Of a DNA stretch of 64,000 nt, positions 9,341-19,780 are shown one piece after another; positions within the stretch are counted from its first letter, which is position 1; each line of letters opens with the position of its first letter. The stretch is from NCBI GenBank assembly GCA_050951805.1, contig JBMNJT010000004.1:128001-192000 (forward strand), read 5' to 3'. This DNA comes from Bacillota bacterium. Lineage in GTDB: Bacteria > Bacillota > DTU025. Under the pieces are notes generated by a model. It saw only the letters and a list, made by a program, of their open reading frames with translations. It was not told where the DNA came from and made no database searches. The position numbers were made by a program, and so were the translations under genes.

Positions 9341-10561
9341 TTAGTTGATGTTTATCATCCACCATTCCTGAACTTCGGCCGAAGTTTTCCATATCCCGAT
9401 CGGGTCAAGCATCCAGAACTTCATGCTCTTTAGAGGCAAAGAAAGATTGGGCAAAAACTCGTTCTTCGGCTCGGCCAGCATGTCAGTGCGGGCTGGCCAA
9501 TTACCCACTATAAAGAACGGTTTCATGCCAAGTCCCCCGTATTGATCTCCGAACAAGTATTTGATCAGCAGTTTAGCAGCGTTAGGATGCGGAGCCTTGT
9601 ATGTGATGTTCATAAGGCTGGGATATAGTAGCCCCACAGTAGGCGTGATATTAGTTGTCGCCATGAGCTTGAGGCTGCCTCTAGCTGGGTCTTCTGCGTA
9701 TCCTAGGCTGGAAAAGGGGATTGATATCCCAATCGGCGGATTCTTGTTAGTAGGATCGCCCACTACGTTTATTAGATCTGTGTGTCGAGAGTATATGCGA
9801 GGTTTGTTTGCGATGATGCCTTTGAGAAGTTCGTATCCTGCATTTGGCGTGGTGAGACGAATGGGGCGTCCAAACACTCGCTGGTAATCACTGGCTAGAT
9901 CGTCGGCGTTGAGCACTATGGTTGTGATCAGGTCCAGACTAGATGCATCATTCACAGGATCAACCATTGCTATTTTGCCGCGCCACTCAGGCTTGGTCAG
10001 ATCCCACCAGCTGTTGATGGGGCATTTCGGGTAGACCTTGGAATTATAGAAGATGGTTCGCGACTCGTATCGCTGGGCAACCAAGGGCTCGCGAAATGCC
10101 CGCGGGATCACGGATTCGAGCTCGGGCGGGTAGAACGGGAACAACATGTTCTTGTTGTAGAGGAGATGGAGTTGGTCCGCATAACCTGAGGCATGAAGTA
10201 TGTCAGCATTGTATACGCCTGCTAATTGTTCTCGTTCGACCTTCTCGATGGCGCCTGTGGTTCCCAGCTCGTATACTTCCATGGTCACGCCCGGATAGAG
10301 TGATTCAAACTCTGACTTTAAGCTGATCGTTCGCGAGGAACTTGTGTAGATCACCACCTTGCCTTCGCGTTTAGCTGCTTGGTAAACTTTGTCCCAATCT
10401 ACCTTAGCAGGTTGGTAGGGGCCGATCTCAACTTGCTTAAGCCATGCATCCACATCAGCAGGAAGTTTGGGGGCAGAATAGGCTCGTGGTGCCCCAACGT
10501 ACGCTCCAATCATTCCAACGAATACGCACAAGATTACTAACTTGATTATCCGTTGACTCAT
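9341..10561 (-). CDS. ABC substrate-binding protein (AfuA/FbpA-like)
   Basis: Signal peptide; AAKREGKVVIYTS, SWWDLTKPEWRGKI and KAPHPNAAKL motifs. Confidence 0.85.
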   Translation of the reverse strand: MSQRIIKLVILCVFVGMIGAYVGAPRAYSAPKLPADVDAWLKQVEIGPYQPAKVDWDKVYQAAKREGKVVIYTSSSRTISLKSEFESLYPGVTMEVYELGTTGAIEKVEREQLAGVYNADILHASGYADQLHLLYNKNMLFPFYPPELESVIPRAFREPLVAQRYESRTIFYNSKVYPKCPINSWWDLTKPEWRGKIAMVDPVNDASSLDLITTIVLNADDLASDYQRVFGRPIRLTTPNAGYELLKGIIANKPRIYSRHTDLINVVGDPTNKNPPIGISIPFSSLGYAEDPARGSLKLMATTNITPTVGLLYPSLMNITYKAPHPNAAKLLIKYLFGDQYGGLGMKPFFIVGNWPARTDMLAEPKNEFLPNLSLPLKSMKFWMLDPIGIWKTSAEVQEWWMININ

Positions 10562-10585
10562 ACGATTCCCTCCTATTTTTGATAA

Positions 10586-11440
10586 TCATAGACAGTCATA
10601 GCGTTGGCGTAATGTATCTAAGCGACTGAGCTGCTCTACAGCATCATCGCCTTTTGCGAGCATAACGCCGAGGATCAATGCATCTACCAACGCAAGGGGG
10701 GCCCCCATGGGTCTGAAGGCCTCCATCGGACCGCGTTGAACAAGGAATACTTGGGTTGCCAGAGGATGCATTTTGGAATCAATGAGATCGGTGACGAGCA
10801 GGCTTTGTCCACCTTCTTGATTGAGGTGTTCAAGTATAGCCATGGCTTCTAAGGTTACCCGGCGGAAAGCAAAAACTATAGCCAGATCTTCTGATCCTGC
10901 TTGGAATATCTTGTCGAACAGACGCCTTCCGGTCTGGTTTACGCGGACTACCTGGCAACCAAGGCGCGATAGCCAGAAATCCGCAAGCACTGTAATGCTG
11001 GCCGGAGCGCCCTCGCCGAAAACAATCACTCGCCGAGCGCTGATTATTCTTTGCACTGCTTCTTCAACTTGTGCATCATTGACGCTTTGAAGGAGAAGCT
11101 GCAAGCTTTTTATGGTTTCACTTACTACCATGGTCAATGGGCCTGCATTATCCGATTGTGCGTGGACCATTGCAGCAACTCTGCTGGATGAGCGAAACTG
11201 CTTCAGCAGTTCTGTTTGTAGCTGCTGTCGCATGTCGGGGTATCCGTTGAATTCGAGCATCTGGGCAAATCTGACTACCGTGGCCTCGCTAAGATCCATG
11301 CAACAAGCGAGATCAGCACTGGACATCATGGCGACTTCCGGCATGTTTTGCAGTACGAAGTCGGCGAGACGCTGCTGACTCTTGGTCATAGAAGCATATT
11401 TTGAATGGATTCGCTCAGTGACAATCCCGAGGTTTTCCAC
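10586..11440 (-). CDS. MurR/RpiR-family regulator (HTH + SIS)
   Basis: MTKSQQRLADFVL, SEATVVRFAQMLEFNGY and a SIS-like C-terminus. Confidence 0.9.
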   Translation of the reverse strand: MENLGIVTERIHSKYASMTKSQQRLADFVLQNMPEVAMMSSADLACCMDLSEATVVRFAQMLEFNGYPDMRQQLQTELLKQFRSSSRVAAMVHAQSDNAGPLTMVVSETIKSLQLLLQSVNDAQVEEAVQRIISARRVIVFGEGAPASITVLADFWLSRLGCQVVRVNQTGRRLFDKIFQAGSEDLAIVFAFRRVTLEAMAILEHLNQEGGQSLLVTDLIDSKMHPLATQVFLVQRGPMEAFRPMGAPLALVDALILGVMLAKGDDAVEQLSRLDTLRQRYDCL

Positions 11441-11496
11441 GCTAATTCACCATCCTGTTGGAGAATGGCCGACATGGGCTAAAGTTTATATTCAAC

Positions 11497-11529
11497 ATAT
11501 CTTGCAACATTCCTTCTTGTGCAAGATAT
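11497..11529. promoter_or_regulatory. Candidate operator upstream of rpiR
   Basis: ATATCTTGCA-N13-TGCAAGATAT inverted repeat in an AT-rich promoter region. Confidence 0.5.
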
Positions 11530-11628
11530 ATTACATATACATGGCTGGAGGAGACGAATGCCTGATAGATAAAGTTCATTTTGATGATAACAGGGCAACA
11601 GAGCGTTGGGTCGGGTGGACCGATTAAG

Positions 11629-11674
11629 GAAAAGGAACACCTCCGGGGCGCACCGCCCCGAAGATGTTCCTTTT
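11629..11674 (-). terminator. Terminator after the ABC exporter operon
   Basis: AAAAGGAACA...CGGGGCG-loop-CGCCCCG...TGTTCCTTTT hairpin with A/T tracts on both sides. Confidence 0.75.
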
Positions 11675-11691
11675 ATGCTTTACCTTAAAGC

Positions 11692-13641
11692 TTACACCGC
11701 TTCATCGTACGCCCCGGCAAATTGGCTGTTGTAGAGGTCGTAGTAGAATCCGCGGGCTGCCATGAGCTCCTCATGGTTGCCCTGCTCCACGATGCGTCCA
11801 TTATCCATTACCAGGATAGTGTCGGCATTGCGTATTGTCGAGAGGCGGTGGGCTATAACAAAGCTTGTTCTGCCACGCATCAGCTCTGCCATGGCCTCTT
11901 GTATCAGTACCTCGGTACGGGTATCCACCGAGCTTGTAGCCTCGTCGAGAATGAGGATATCGGGGTCGGCGAGGAAAGCTCGGGCGATTGTGAGCAGCTG
12001 TTTCTGCCCTTGGGATATGTTGGATGCCTCATCGCCCAGCTCGGTATCGTACCCTTTAGGCAGAGTCCTGACGAAGTGGTCGACATGGGCCGCGCGGGCC
12101 GCGGCCAGTATCTCCTCTTCGGTGGCATCCTCGCGCCCGTAGGCGATGTTGTCGCGTATGGTCCCGTTGAAGAGCCATGTGTCCTGAAGGACCATCCCGA
12201 ATAATCTCCTCAGGTCGTTTCGGGCCATGTCGCGGATGTCAATGCCGTCTATGGAGATGCTTCCCCCATCCAGCTCGTAGAATCTCATCAAGAGGTTGAC
12301 TACGGTGGTTTTGCCAGCGCCAGTGGGCCCGACTATGGCTACTGTCTGTCCTGGCTTAACCTCGAGGTTCATGTCCTCAATCAGCGGCACATCAGGCTTA
12401 TATCTAAACGAGACGTTCTTGAAGACCACATGGCCTTCTACCTTTTCCAGGACTACAGGGTTTTCGGTGTCAGGCGTCTCCTCTTCCTCGTCGAGGAGCT
12501 CGAACACGCGCTCAGCTGAGGCCACTGTTGACTGAAGCACATTCATGATGCTAGCTGTCTGGACTATCGGCTGAGTAAACTGCCTTGAATACTGGATGAA
12601 GGCTTGGACGTCTCCGAGGGAGAGGACGCCATTGGCGACCTTCATACCCCCTATCACGCAGATTGCCACGTAGTTTAGGTTATTGATGAACTGCATGGCC
12701 GGCTGGATAGTGCTTGAGATAAAGTGCGCCTTGAAGCTGGCCTGGTAGAGGCGGTCGTTTTCCTTATCGAACTCGTCGATCGCCTCTTGCTGGCGGTTGA
12801 AGGCCTTTACTATCCGATGGCCGGTGTACATTTCCTCTATATGTCCGTTGAGCGCGCCGGTGCTGTCCCATTGCTCCGCAAACTGCTTCTGGGAGCGTTT
12901 GGCGATGAACAGCGTGACGATAACGCCCAAGGGCAATACTACCAGAGCAATTGCGGCAAGCAGCGGGCTGATGGAAAACATCATTATCAACACGCCGATT
13001 ACCGTAAACGTCGCCGTAACCAGCTGCGTCAGGCTTTGCTGAAGCGTGCTGGCGATGTTGTCTATGTCATTTGTCACCCGGCTCAGGATCTCTCCCCGCG
13101 TGTTGCTGTCGTAGTATTTCAGAGGCAGCCTCCCAAGTTTTGCATCCGCCTCTTTGCGCAGGCTGTACACGGTGCGCTGGGAGATTCCGGCCATGATGTA
13201 GTGCTGCAGCCAACTGAACAAGGCGTTGGCGATGTATATTCCGACAAGTATGAGCAGTATTCGCTTGATGGCCTCGAAATCGACGCCGGCGCCGGGGACG
13301 ATGTTCATTCCCGCCACCATATCGGCCATCTGGTCCTTGCCGGCAGCCTTGAGCATGCTAATGATCTGTTCCTTGCCAAGTCCAGGAGGAAGCTGCTTCC
13401 CGATGACTCCTTCAAAGAGGATGTTCGTGGCTTTGCCCAGGATCTTCGGCCCAGCAATGGTCAGGACGACGCAGACTATGGATAAAACCATGACGATGAT
13501 GAGCTGCGTCTTGTGCGGTTTGAGATACCCGAACAGCCTCTTCAACGACCCCTTGAAGTCGCGCGCTTTTTCTCCGGGCATCATGGCGCCTCGGGGACCA
13601 TGTCCTCGCTGGCGTCGTGCTGCTGTTTTCTCTTCACTCAT
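11692..13641 (-). CDS. Heterodimeric multidrug ABC exporter, TMD-NBD subunit B (TM288-like)
   Basis: TM domain plus GPTGAGKT, ISQGQKQ and ILDEATSS. Confidence 0.93.
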   Translation of the reverse strand: MSEEKTAARRQRGHGPRGAMMPGEKARDFKGSLKRLFGYLKPHKTQLIIVMVLSIVCVVLTIAGPKILGKATNILFEGVIGKQLPPGLGKEQIISMLKAAGKDQMADMVAGMNIVPGAGVDFEAIKRILLILVGIYIANALFSWLQHYIMAGISQRTVYSLRKEADAKLGRLPLKYYDSNTRGEILSRVTNDIDNIASTLQQSLTQLVTATFTVIGVLIMMFSISPLLAAIALVVLPLGVIVTLFIAKRSQKQFAEQWDSTGALNGHIEEMYTGHRIVKAFNRQQEAIDEFDKENDRLYQASFKAHFISSTIQPAMQFINNLNYVAICVIGGMKVANGVLSLGDVQAFIQYSRQFTQPIVQTASIMNVLQSTVASAERVFELLDEEEETPDTENPVVLEKVEGHVVFKNVSFRYKPDVPLIEDMNLEVKPGQTVAIVGPTGAGKTTVVNLLMRFYELDGGSISIDGIDIRDMARNDLRRLFGMVLQDTWLFNGTIRDNIAYGREDATEEEILAAARAAHVDHFVRTLPKGYDTELGDEASNISQGQKQLLTIARAFLADPDILILDEATSSVDTRTEVLIQEAMAELMRGRTSFVIAHRLSTIRNADTILVMDNGRIVEQGNHEELMAARGFYYDLYNSQFAGAYDEAV

Positions 13642-15377
13642 GCGACTTCCTCCTCTGAAAGCTGTGAGAGGACGATCTCACGATATACGGAACAGAGCTT
13701 CATCAGTTCCTCATGTGTCCCCATTCCCACGATCTCGCCTTTGTCGAGCACGATTATGCGTTCGGCATTCATGATAGTGCTCACACGCTGCGCCACGATG
13801 AAGACTATGGCGTCATCCACTTCGTCATTGAGCGCGGCGCGAAGTGCGGCGTCGGTCTTGAAGTCAAGTGCGGAGAAGCTGTCATCGAAGACGTATATCT
13901 TCGGCCTTTTCACCAAGGCTCGCGCGATGGCTAGGCGCTGCTTCTGCCCTCCCGAGAAGTTCGTTCCTCCCTGAGAGACTGGGGCTTCAAGCTGTCCGGG
14001 CATCTCGGCGACGAAGTCGGCTGCCTGGGCTATGCGCAGGGCATGCCAGAGTTCGTCGTCGGTGGCATCGCGCTTTCCGTAGCGCAGGTTGCTGGCAATT
14101 GTCCCGCTAAAAAGGAAGGCTTTCTGTGGGACAAAGCCTATCTTGTTCCTCAGGTCCTCCTCAGGTATTTCCCGTATGTCTACTCCATCTATGAGCAGGC
14201 TGCCGCCGGTCACATCGTAGAAGCGGGGGATGAGGTTGATCAGAGTGGACTTCCCGCATCCTGTGCCGCCGACGATGGCGGTGGTTTCGCCCGGATAGGC
14301 GATGAAGGAGATTCCGCGCAGGACCGGAGTCTCTGCGCCCGGGTATGTGAACTCTACATCCCTAAATTCGACGCTCGCGTCGGAGTCGGCGGTGCCTGGG
14401 TTGAGCGCGGCCGGCGCCTTGGGGGCGGAGATAGACGGCTCAGTCTCGAGAACTTCGAGGATTCGTTCGGCCGAGGCACTGGCCCGCGGGATCATGATGA
14501 ACATCACTGTGGCCATCATCACCGCAATGAGGATTTGCATGGTGTAGGCGATGAAGGCTGTAAGGTTTCCTATGGGCATGGCCCCGCTGTCGATTCTGTG
14601 TGCGCCGAACCACATAATGGCTGCCATGGAGATGTTGACTATGAGCATCAGCAGCGGCATGGTGATGGCGACCATCCTGTTGATCTTCAAGGCTGTGGTT
14701 GTGAGATCGAGGTTGGCCTCATCGAATCGCGCCTCTTCGTAGTCGGTTTTAACAAAGGCTCTGATGACCCGGACTCCGGCAAGCTTCTCGCGGACTACCT
14801 GGTTGAGCCTGTCTATTTTTACCTGCATCGACTTGAATAGCGGCAGGGCGCGTCGCATGATCACACCGATGACCACGGCCATTACCGGCACAATGATGAT
14901 GATGGATATGGACAATGGCACGTCCTGGCGGAGAGCCATGATGATGCCGCCGATGCACATTACAGGGGCGGAGATCATGACGTTTAGGGTTATGAGGACT
15001 GCCATCTGTACCTGCTGCACGTCGTTGGTGGTGCGGGTTATGAGTGAGGGTGTACCGAATTGGTCCACCTCTGCCTGGGAAAAACTCTGCACCTTGCGGA
15101 AAACGTCGCTCCTGAGGTCTCGGCCGAAGGACATTGCTGTTTTCGATCCCCAATATACCGAGACCACGGAGCATGCCGCCAGCAGTAAGGTGACGAGCAG
15201 CATGAACCCGCCTGTCTTCAGGATGTATTCGGTGTCGCCCCTAGCGATGCCGTTGTTGATGATATCGGCATTGAGGTCGGGCAGGTACAAATTGGCAATA
15301 GCCTGGACCAGAAGGAGTGCCATTACGAGGAACAGCTGCTTTTGGTAGGGCTTGAGGTATTGAAGTAGTTTTGTCAT
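13638..15377 (-). CDS. Heterodimeric multidrug ABC exporter, TMD-NBD subunit A (TM287-like)
   Basis: GGTGCGKS, FSGGQKQR, degenerate Walker B FDDSFSALD and VAQR switch. Confidence 0.93.
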   Translation of the reverse strand: MTKLLQYLKPYQKQLFLVMALLLVQAIANLYLPDLNADIINNGIARGDTEYILKTGGFMLLVTLLLAACSVVSVYWGSKTAMSFGRDLRSDVFRKVQSFSQAEVDQFGTPSLITRTTNDVQQVQMAVLITLNVMISAPVMCIGGIIMALRQDVPLSISIIIIVPVMAVVIGVIMRRALPLFKSMQVKIDRLNQVVREKLAGVRVIRAFVKTDYEEARFDEANLDLTTTALKINRMVAITMPLLMLIVNISMAAIMWFGAHRIDSGAMPIGNLTAFIAYTMQILIAVMMATVMFIMIPRASASAERILEVLETEPSISAPKAPAALNPGTADSDASVEFRDVEFTYPGAETPVLRGISFIAYPGETTAIVGGTGCGKSTLINLIPRFYDVTGGSLLIDGVDIREIPEEDLRNKIGFVPQKAFLFSGTIASNLRYGKRDATDDELWHALRIAQAADFVAEMPGQLEAPVSQGGTNFSGGQKQRLAIARALVKRPKIYVFDDSFSALDFKTDAALRAALNDEVDDAIVFIVAQRVSTIMNAERIIVLDKGEIVGMGTHEELMKLCSVYREIVLSQLSEEEVA

Positions 15378-15407
15378 TCAGAAACTGACACCTCTCATGT
15401 AAGCAAA

Positions 15408-15887
15408 TCAAAGCTCCTGTGATATGTTGGAACACAGGGCGCTCAGGAGCCTGTCGAATTCTTCGCGGTCGCCGGAAGGCATTTTGCCGAAGGTGGCGTT
15501 GACGAAGTCCGCAAGCGCCTCGTTCATCTCTTCCTGTATTTTGCGTCCTGCATCAGTCAAGTATATGCGGGACAGTCGTTGGTCCTCCTCATCCGTTTTT
15601 CGGACTATCGTGCCTGCAGCCTCCATCTTCTGAAGCATCACGGTTACCGTGGATGACGCCACATGAAGCTTTCGGGCTAGGTCCCGCTGGGCAATGCCGT
15701 CATGACCGCTGAGGACCCAGAGGCATCCGGCTTGTCCGGGGTAAATTTCCTTTTCAGACAGCACTTTGAAGATTAGCTGGCGATACAAGCGCATTGCCTT
15801 GAAAAAGGAATGGAAGACGCGCAACGATAGAGGATCGACTCCATAAAGCTCTGTGACGGGCGTGGGATCATATGTCGATGAATGCAC
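15408..15887 (-). CDS. MarR-family regulator
   Basis: QRDLARKLHVASSTVTVMLQKME...DEEDQRLSRIYLT; GTG start after AAGGGGG. Confidence 0.9.
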   Translation of the reverse strand: MHSSTYDPTPVTELYGVDPLSLRVFHSFFKAMRLYRQLIFKVLSEKEIYPGQAGCLWVLSGHDGIAQRDLARKLHVASSTVTVMLQKMEAAGTIVRKTDEEDQRLSRIYLTDAGRKIQEEMNEALADFVNATFGKMPSGDREEFDRLLSALCSNISQEL

Positions 15888-15933
15888 TGTTAGACCCCCT
15901 TTCAGCGATCGTAGGCCAGGCCCCGAGCACATA

Positions 15934-15968
15934 ATCGTTGCCATGCTAATAGGTAGCATGCTAACTAT
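15934..15968. promoter_or_regulatory. Putative MarR operator (tandem palindromes)
   Basis: Near-perfect palindrome ATAGGTAGCATGCTAACTAT (15949-15968) with an adjacent degenerate copy ATCGTTGCCATGCTAAT. Confidence 0.65.
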
Positions 15969-16518
15969 ATGCGTAATGTATTGTAGCGCGTCTTGGCTGC
16001 GAGGTCAACAGGGATGTGTTGAGGGTGGCTGGGAATCAGTAGTATGAAGCTCTTAGCGTCTGGGCGGGCTCCGTGGGAGGGGATTTCGCGTCCCCGTACA
16101 CGCTGCAAACTCTATCCGCTGCTAATAGAGGGGTTTAGGTCCGTTTCGCCAACGCCTGCTGCGCTCAATTCGAATGCTCTCCCTCCTGACCTTTTCCGGC
16201 TATACTGCGAATCGTCAGATTTGCCCCGCATAGCATCGGTATGTCCAGTCCGAATGCTTCTATGAGCTTGGATAGATACTCTACTGCCTGTAGTATGCCT
16301 TTTTGTTTCCCACAGCGGAGCTATTCGATTGTCCGTATAAGACTTTGAAAGCTCAAAGCTTCGGTGTTCGCACCAACGTGTTCGCGTGGCCGAGTTGAGA
16401 TTCTTCCATTACAATGACAGTTGACAAGCGGCATCTTTAGGGGCGGGAGCCATGCTCCGATGTTCTGCCTTTTAGTCTCAGGTGGCATATTGTCCACTTT
16501 GCCAAAGGGGGCTCCGAT

Positions 16519-17073
16519 ATGAACGGGGAATTGGAAAAAATGCTCTCGGGCGAGCTTTACGACGCCGGCGACCCTGAGTTGTACCGTATGCGTCTCAGAG
16601 CTCGCCGGTTGACCCGGGAGTTTAACGCCACAACGGAAGAGGAACACGACTTGCGTGCGACGATTTTGAAGGAGCTGTTTGCATCGGTGGGCAGCGCCTT
16701 CATTGAGCCGCCTTTCTACTGCGATTATGGAAGTAACATATGCGTCGGCAAGAACTTCTACATGAATTTCAACTGCGTCATTCTTGACTGCGCTGCAGTT
16801 GAGATCGGTGACAACGTCATGGCCGGTCCCGGGGTTCATATCTACACTGCATACCACCCGCTTGATGCCGCAGTGAGGGTGCAAGGCCTTGAACTTGCGG
16901 CGCCAGTCAAAATAGGAAACAACGTCTGGATAGGCGGAGGGGCCATAATATGCCCTGGGGTTGTCATCGGCGATAACACAACGATCGGAGCGGGAAGCGT
17001 GGTGACTAGGGACGTTTTGGCCAATGTGTTCGCAGCGGGGAATCCCTGTCGGGTGATGAGAGACTTGGAGTAG
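16519..17073 (+). CDS. maa: Maltose/sugar O-acetyltransferase
   Basis: EKMLSGELY, IEPPFYCDYG, hexapeptide repeats and AGNPCRV. Confidence 0.9.
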   Translation: MNGELEKMLSGELYDAGDPELYRMRLRARRLTREFNATTEEEHDLRATILKELFASVGSAFIEPPFYCDYGSNICVGKNFYMNFNCVILDCAAVEIGDNVMAGPGVHIYTAYHPLDAAVRVQGLELAAPVKIGNNVWIGGGAIICPGVVIGDNTTIGAGSVVTRDVLANVFAAGNPCRVMRDLE

Positions 17074-17219
17074 CGCTCATTTTTCCGGCTCGGGAACGGC
17101 GGCGGATTCGTCACTGGGCGGGGAATCGATTGTTGATGGAGGAGAAAGGAGTGGGCTGCCCGAACGCTTATCAGAACTGATGCAGCCTTTCGATTGTATA
17201 TATTTGATGGGGGACGTGT

Positions 17220-17948
17220 ATGGATCTTCTTGTTGATGCCGACATTCTGGCGTGCCAGTACGCGTACGTGTATGAAGCGAGCCGTGGATGGGACGCGGGC
17301 GATGACTTTGATATAGATGACGCAGGCTGGGCGATTTCTGGGTTTGATTCGGCGGTTGTTCGGATGATGAACGAGACGGGAACGGAAAATGCGATCCTTT
17401 GCTTTACCGGCAGGGATAACTTCAGGTACTCGATACTGCCTACATACAAATCGAATCGGCGGGGCAAGCCCAGGCCGGTGCTTCTGGATGTGCTTATTGA
17501 ACATGCGTGGGATATATGGAACTGCAAGTCAGTCGATTGCCTTGAGGCGGATGATGTGATGGGGATTATGGCGACTAGGTGGCCTGGGCGCTATGTAGTG
17601 GCCAGCACCGACAAGGATTTGAAGCAGATTCCCGGGCTCCATTACAACTGGAAGAAGGAGAGGGTTGCAGAAGTCGATCAGCGCCGGGCTGATTACTGGT
17701 TCTACTTTCAGGTGCTCACCGGTGATTCTACAGATGGGTATGCGGGGTGTCCCGGCATTGGCGAATGCAGGGCCAGGCGGGTTTTGGAGGATGCTGCTCC
17801 TGACATGTGGGCGCGGGTTGTGGCCGCCTTCGAGTCCCGGGGGTTGACTGAGGAGGACGCTCTTATTCAGGCAAGGGTAGCCCGAATCCTGCGAGCAGAT
17901 GACTACGATTTCGAAGAGAGCCAGCCTATCCTCTGGAGCCCGGCTTGA
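17220..17948 (+). CDS. 5'-3' exonuclease, phage T7 gp6-like
   Basis: LVDADIL, NFR...PTYKSNR, LEADDVMGI, DKDLKQIPG, GDSTDGYAGCPGIG and the gp6-type tail TEEDALIQARVARILR..DYDF....ILWSP; GGGGGA RBS. Confidence 0.85.
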   Translation: MDLLVDADILACQYAYVYEASRGWDAGDDFDIDDAGWAISGFDSAVVRMMNETGTENAILCFTGRDNFRYSILPTYKSNRRGKPRPVLLDVLIEHAWDIWNCKSVDCLEADDVMGIMATRWPGRYVVASTDKDLKQIPGLHYNWKKERVAEVDQRRADYWFYFQVLTGDSTDGYAGCPGIGECRARRVLEDAAPDMWARVVAAFESRGLTEEDALIQARVARILRADDYDFEESQPILWSPA

Positions 17949-18253
17949 ATGTGTAATAAGTCTGCTCCCGTCGGTGGCTTCGGTGCCGATCTTAGCAGTG
18001 ATAAACCACATTGTCTGTACCGATTTTCTGCCTTCCCCGCGGCTTTGCTGCAGATATGCATGACGCGGGTTTTGTTTTGCCTTCCGGCGCTTGTCTCTTG
18101 CAAGGCGTTGACGGGGATGGTTTTGATTCTCCTTCAGATGCCTGAGGATGTGCGGCCCAACTTATTTCTAGCTTTGATTGGGAAATACCGGATTCGGCTC
18201 ACACTCAACTAATGGGGCGCTCGTCGCGGCCACCTGGGATTGAAAACCCAACC

Positions 18254-19764
18254 TGTCAACCGACTGTGAAAATGTCACCCCTTTTGGGGGTTAATCCGTC
18301 TGAGAAAATGTCACCCCCTGTGGTTGTGTTCCGCTGGCGAGCCCGCGCATTATGCGCAGGCTCGCGGCCGATTGAGATTAGGGTGCCGCCAGCGGGAAAC
18401 TGTTGTTTTGTCTGTTTTTGGTCTGGGTTGCCTAGCGTGCTTGTTGAATGCGTTGTTGACGCTCGTAGCTCGCATGTTTCCAGGGATGATCATCCGGGGG
18501 CTTCCATGGCATCCTCGGGGCTTTAGGCTCTTGGGCTGCAGCCGAGGCTGAGTCTTCGATCGCCGGTGTGGAGTTGAACTCGGCTAGGCTGTAGCATTTT
18601 CCCTTGTAGAGTGCGTTGATTGACCCGTCCATGTGCGTAAGCACGAAAACGGGATCCCTCCTGGCCAATCCGACAACATGGCCGTATGCGTCCAGAAGAC
18701 GGAACTTGGTGCCATGGTAGGATATGAGTGATCCTCCCAGCCCTTGACGAGATTCCCTGATCGAAAGAATCATGTCGAGATCCATGTCGGGGGGCGGGTG
18801 TCTCATCAGCTGCAGGAACGGCAAAGCGGGCGTTGTACCTGGGGATATATCTGAGGAGGAACTCATTTGCCTGTTCGATTGTGTTGATTCCGGCGAGGCG
18901 CATTTCAATAGGCAGTCTTCCCTGAAGCGTCTCCCATGCGCGCTCAATGCGGCCCTTTGCTTGAGGCGAATGCGCTGGTATGTGAGTGATCTGTAGTTCG
19001 TCGAGAATGCGGCCTATCTGGGTAAGGTTGACCCGTTTGCCCTGGAGTTGTTCTTCGATGGTGAGCTTGTCCATCTTGGGCGAGAAAAACATGGTATGGC
19101 GGTCAGAATACAAGCACAGCGGTATGCCGTTGTTCTCAAGCACCTGACGGAACACATGGAGGTATCCTATGATGTCTTCCTGAGGCCTGAAATACAGGCC
19201 CAGGATGGCTCCGGTGGCGTCGTCGATGATCCCATGAAGCGACATAGCTGGGCCTCTTCCTTCGAGCCAGTCGTAGGGACTGGCGTCGCATTGGAGCAAG
19301 ATGCCCGATTGGGGTTTTCGCTCTCGCATGCGTCTGTGGCGCGGGGCTCTTTTGGTGGAGCACACTATCCCGGCTTTTTTCAGCAATCGTTGTACAGTGC
19401 GTGGACTCACCGAGATCTGATAGCCCTCTGCCATGAGCTCGGACATATGGGTGCAATTTGCGTCTTTCAGGTCGGTCTGAGCTAGCTCTATGATGCGTGA
19501 TGGGTCTAAAGGCTTGCGTCCGGCATTGCCATGCCCCAGGGCCTGGACCCCGTTACTCTGCATCTCCTTTTTGATCCGTTTGATCTGGCGGACACTTAAT
19601 CCAAGCATCTTGGCAGCCTGCGCGTTTGTGATTTGCCCGGCGGCAAGCTGATCCATTACGAAGACCCTCTTCCGTACTTTTTCCGTCAAGATGACGTCCC
19701 CCTTGTTCATGGGTGACATTATCTCAGACGCGTTATGGGGTGACAATATCACAGACGCGTAACA
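18254..19764 (-). mobile_element. IS1202-family (ISNCY) element, copy 1 (defective)
   Basis: TGT...ACA termini with repeated GTCACCCC subterminal motifs; flanked by the 16-bp direct repeat GATTGAAAACCCAACC. Confidence 0.88.
18432..19689 (-). pseudogene. Frameshifted DDE transposase of copy 1
   Basis: A 14-nt deletion relative to copy 2 near 18790 splits the ORF. Confidence 0.85.
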
Positions 19765-19780
19765 GATTGAAAACCCAACC

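Noticed and set aside
17073-18238. Prophage around the gp6-like exonuclease
   Set aside because: No other phage genes or att sites are recognisable.
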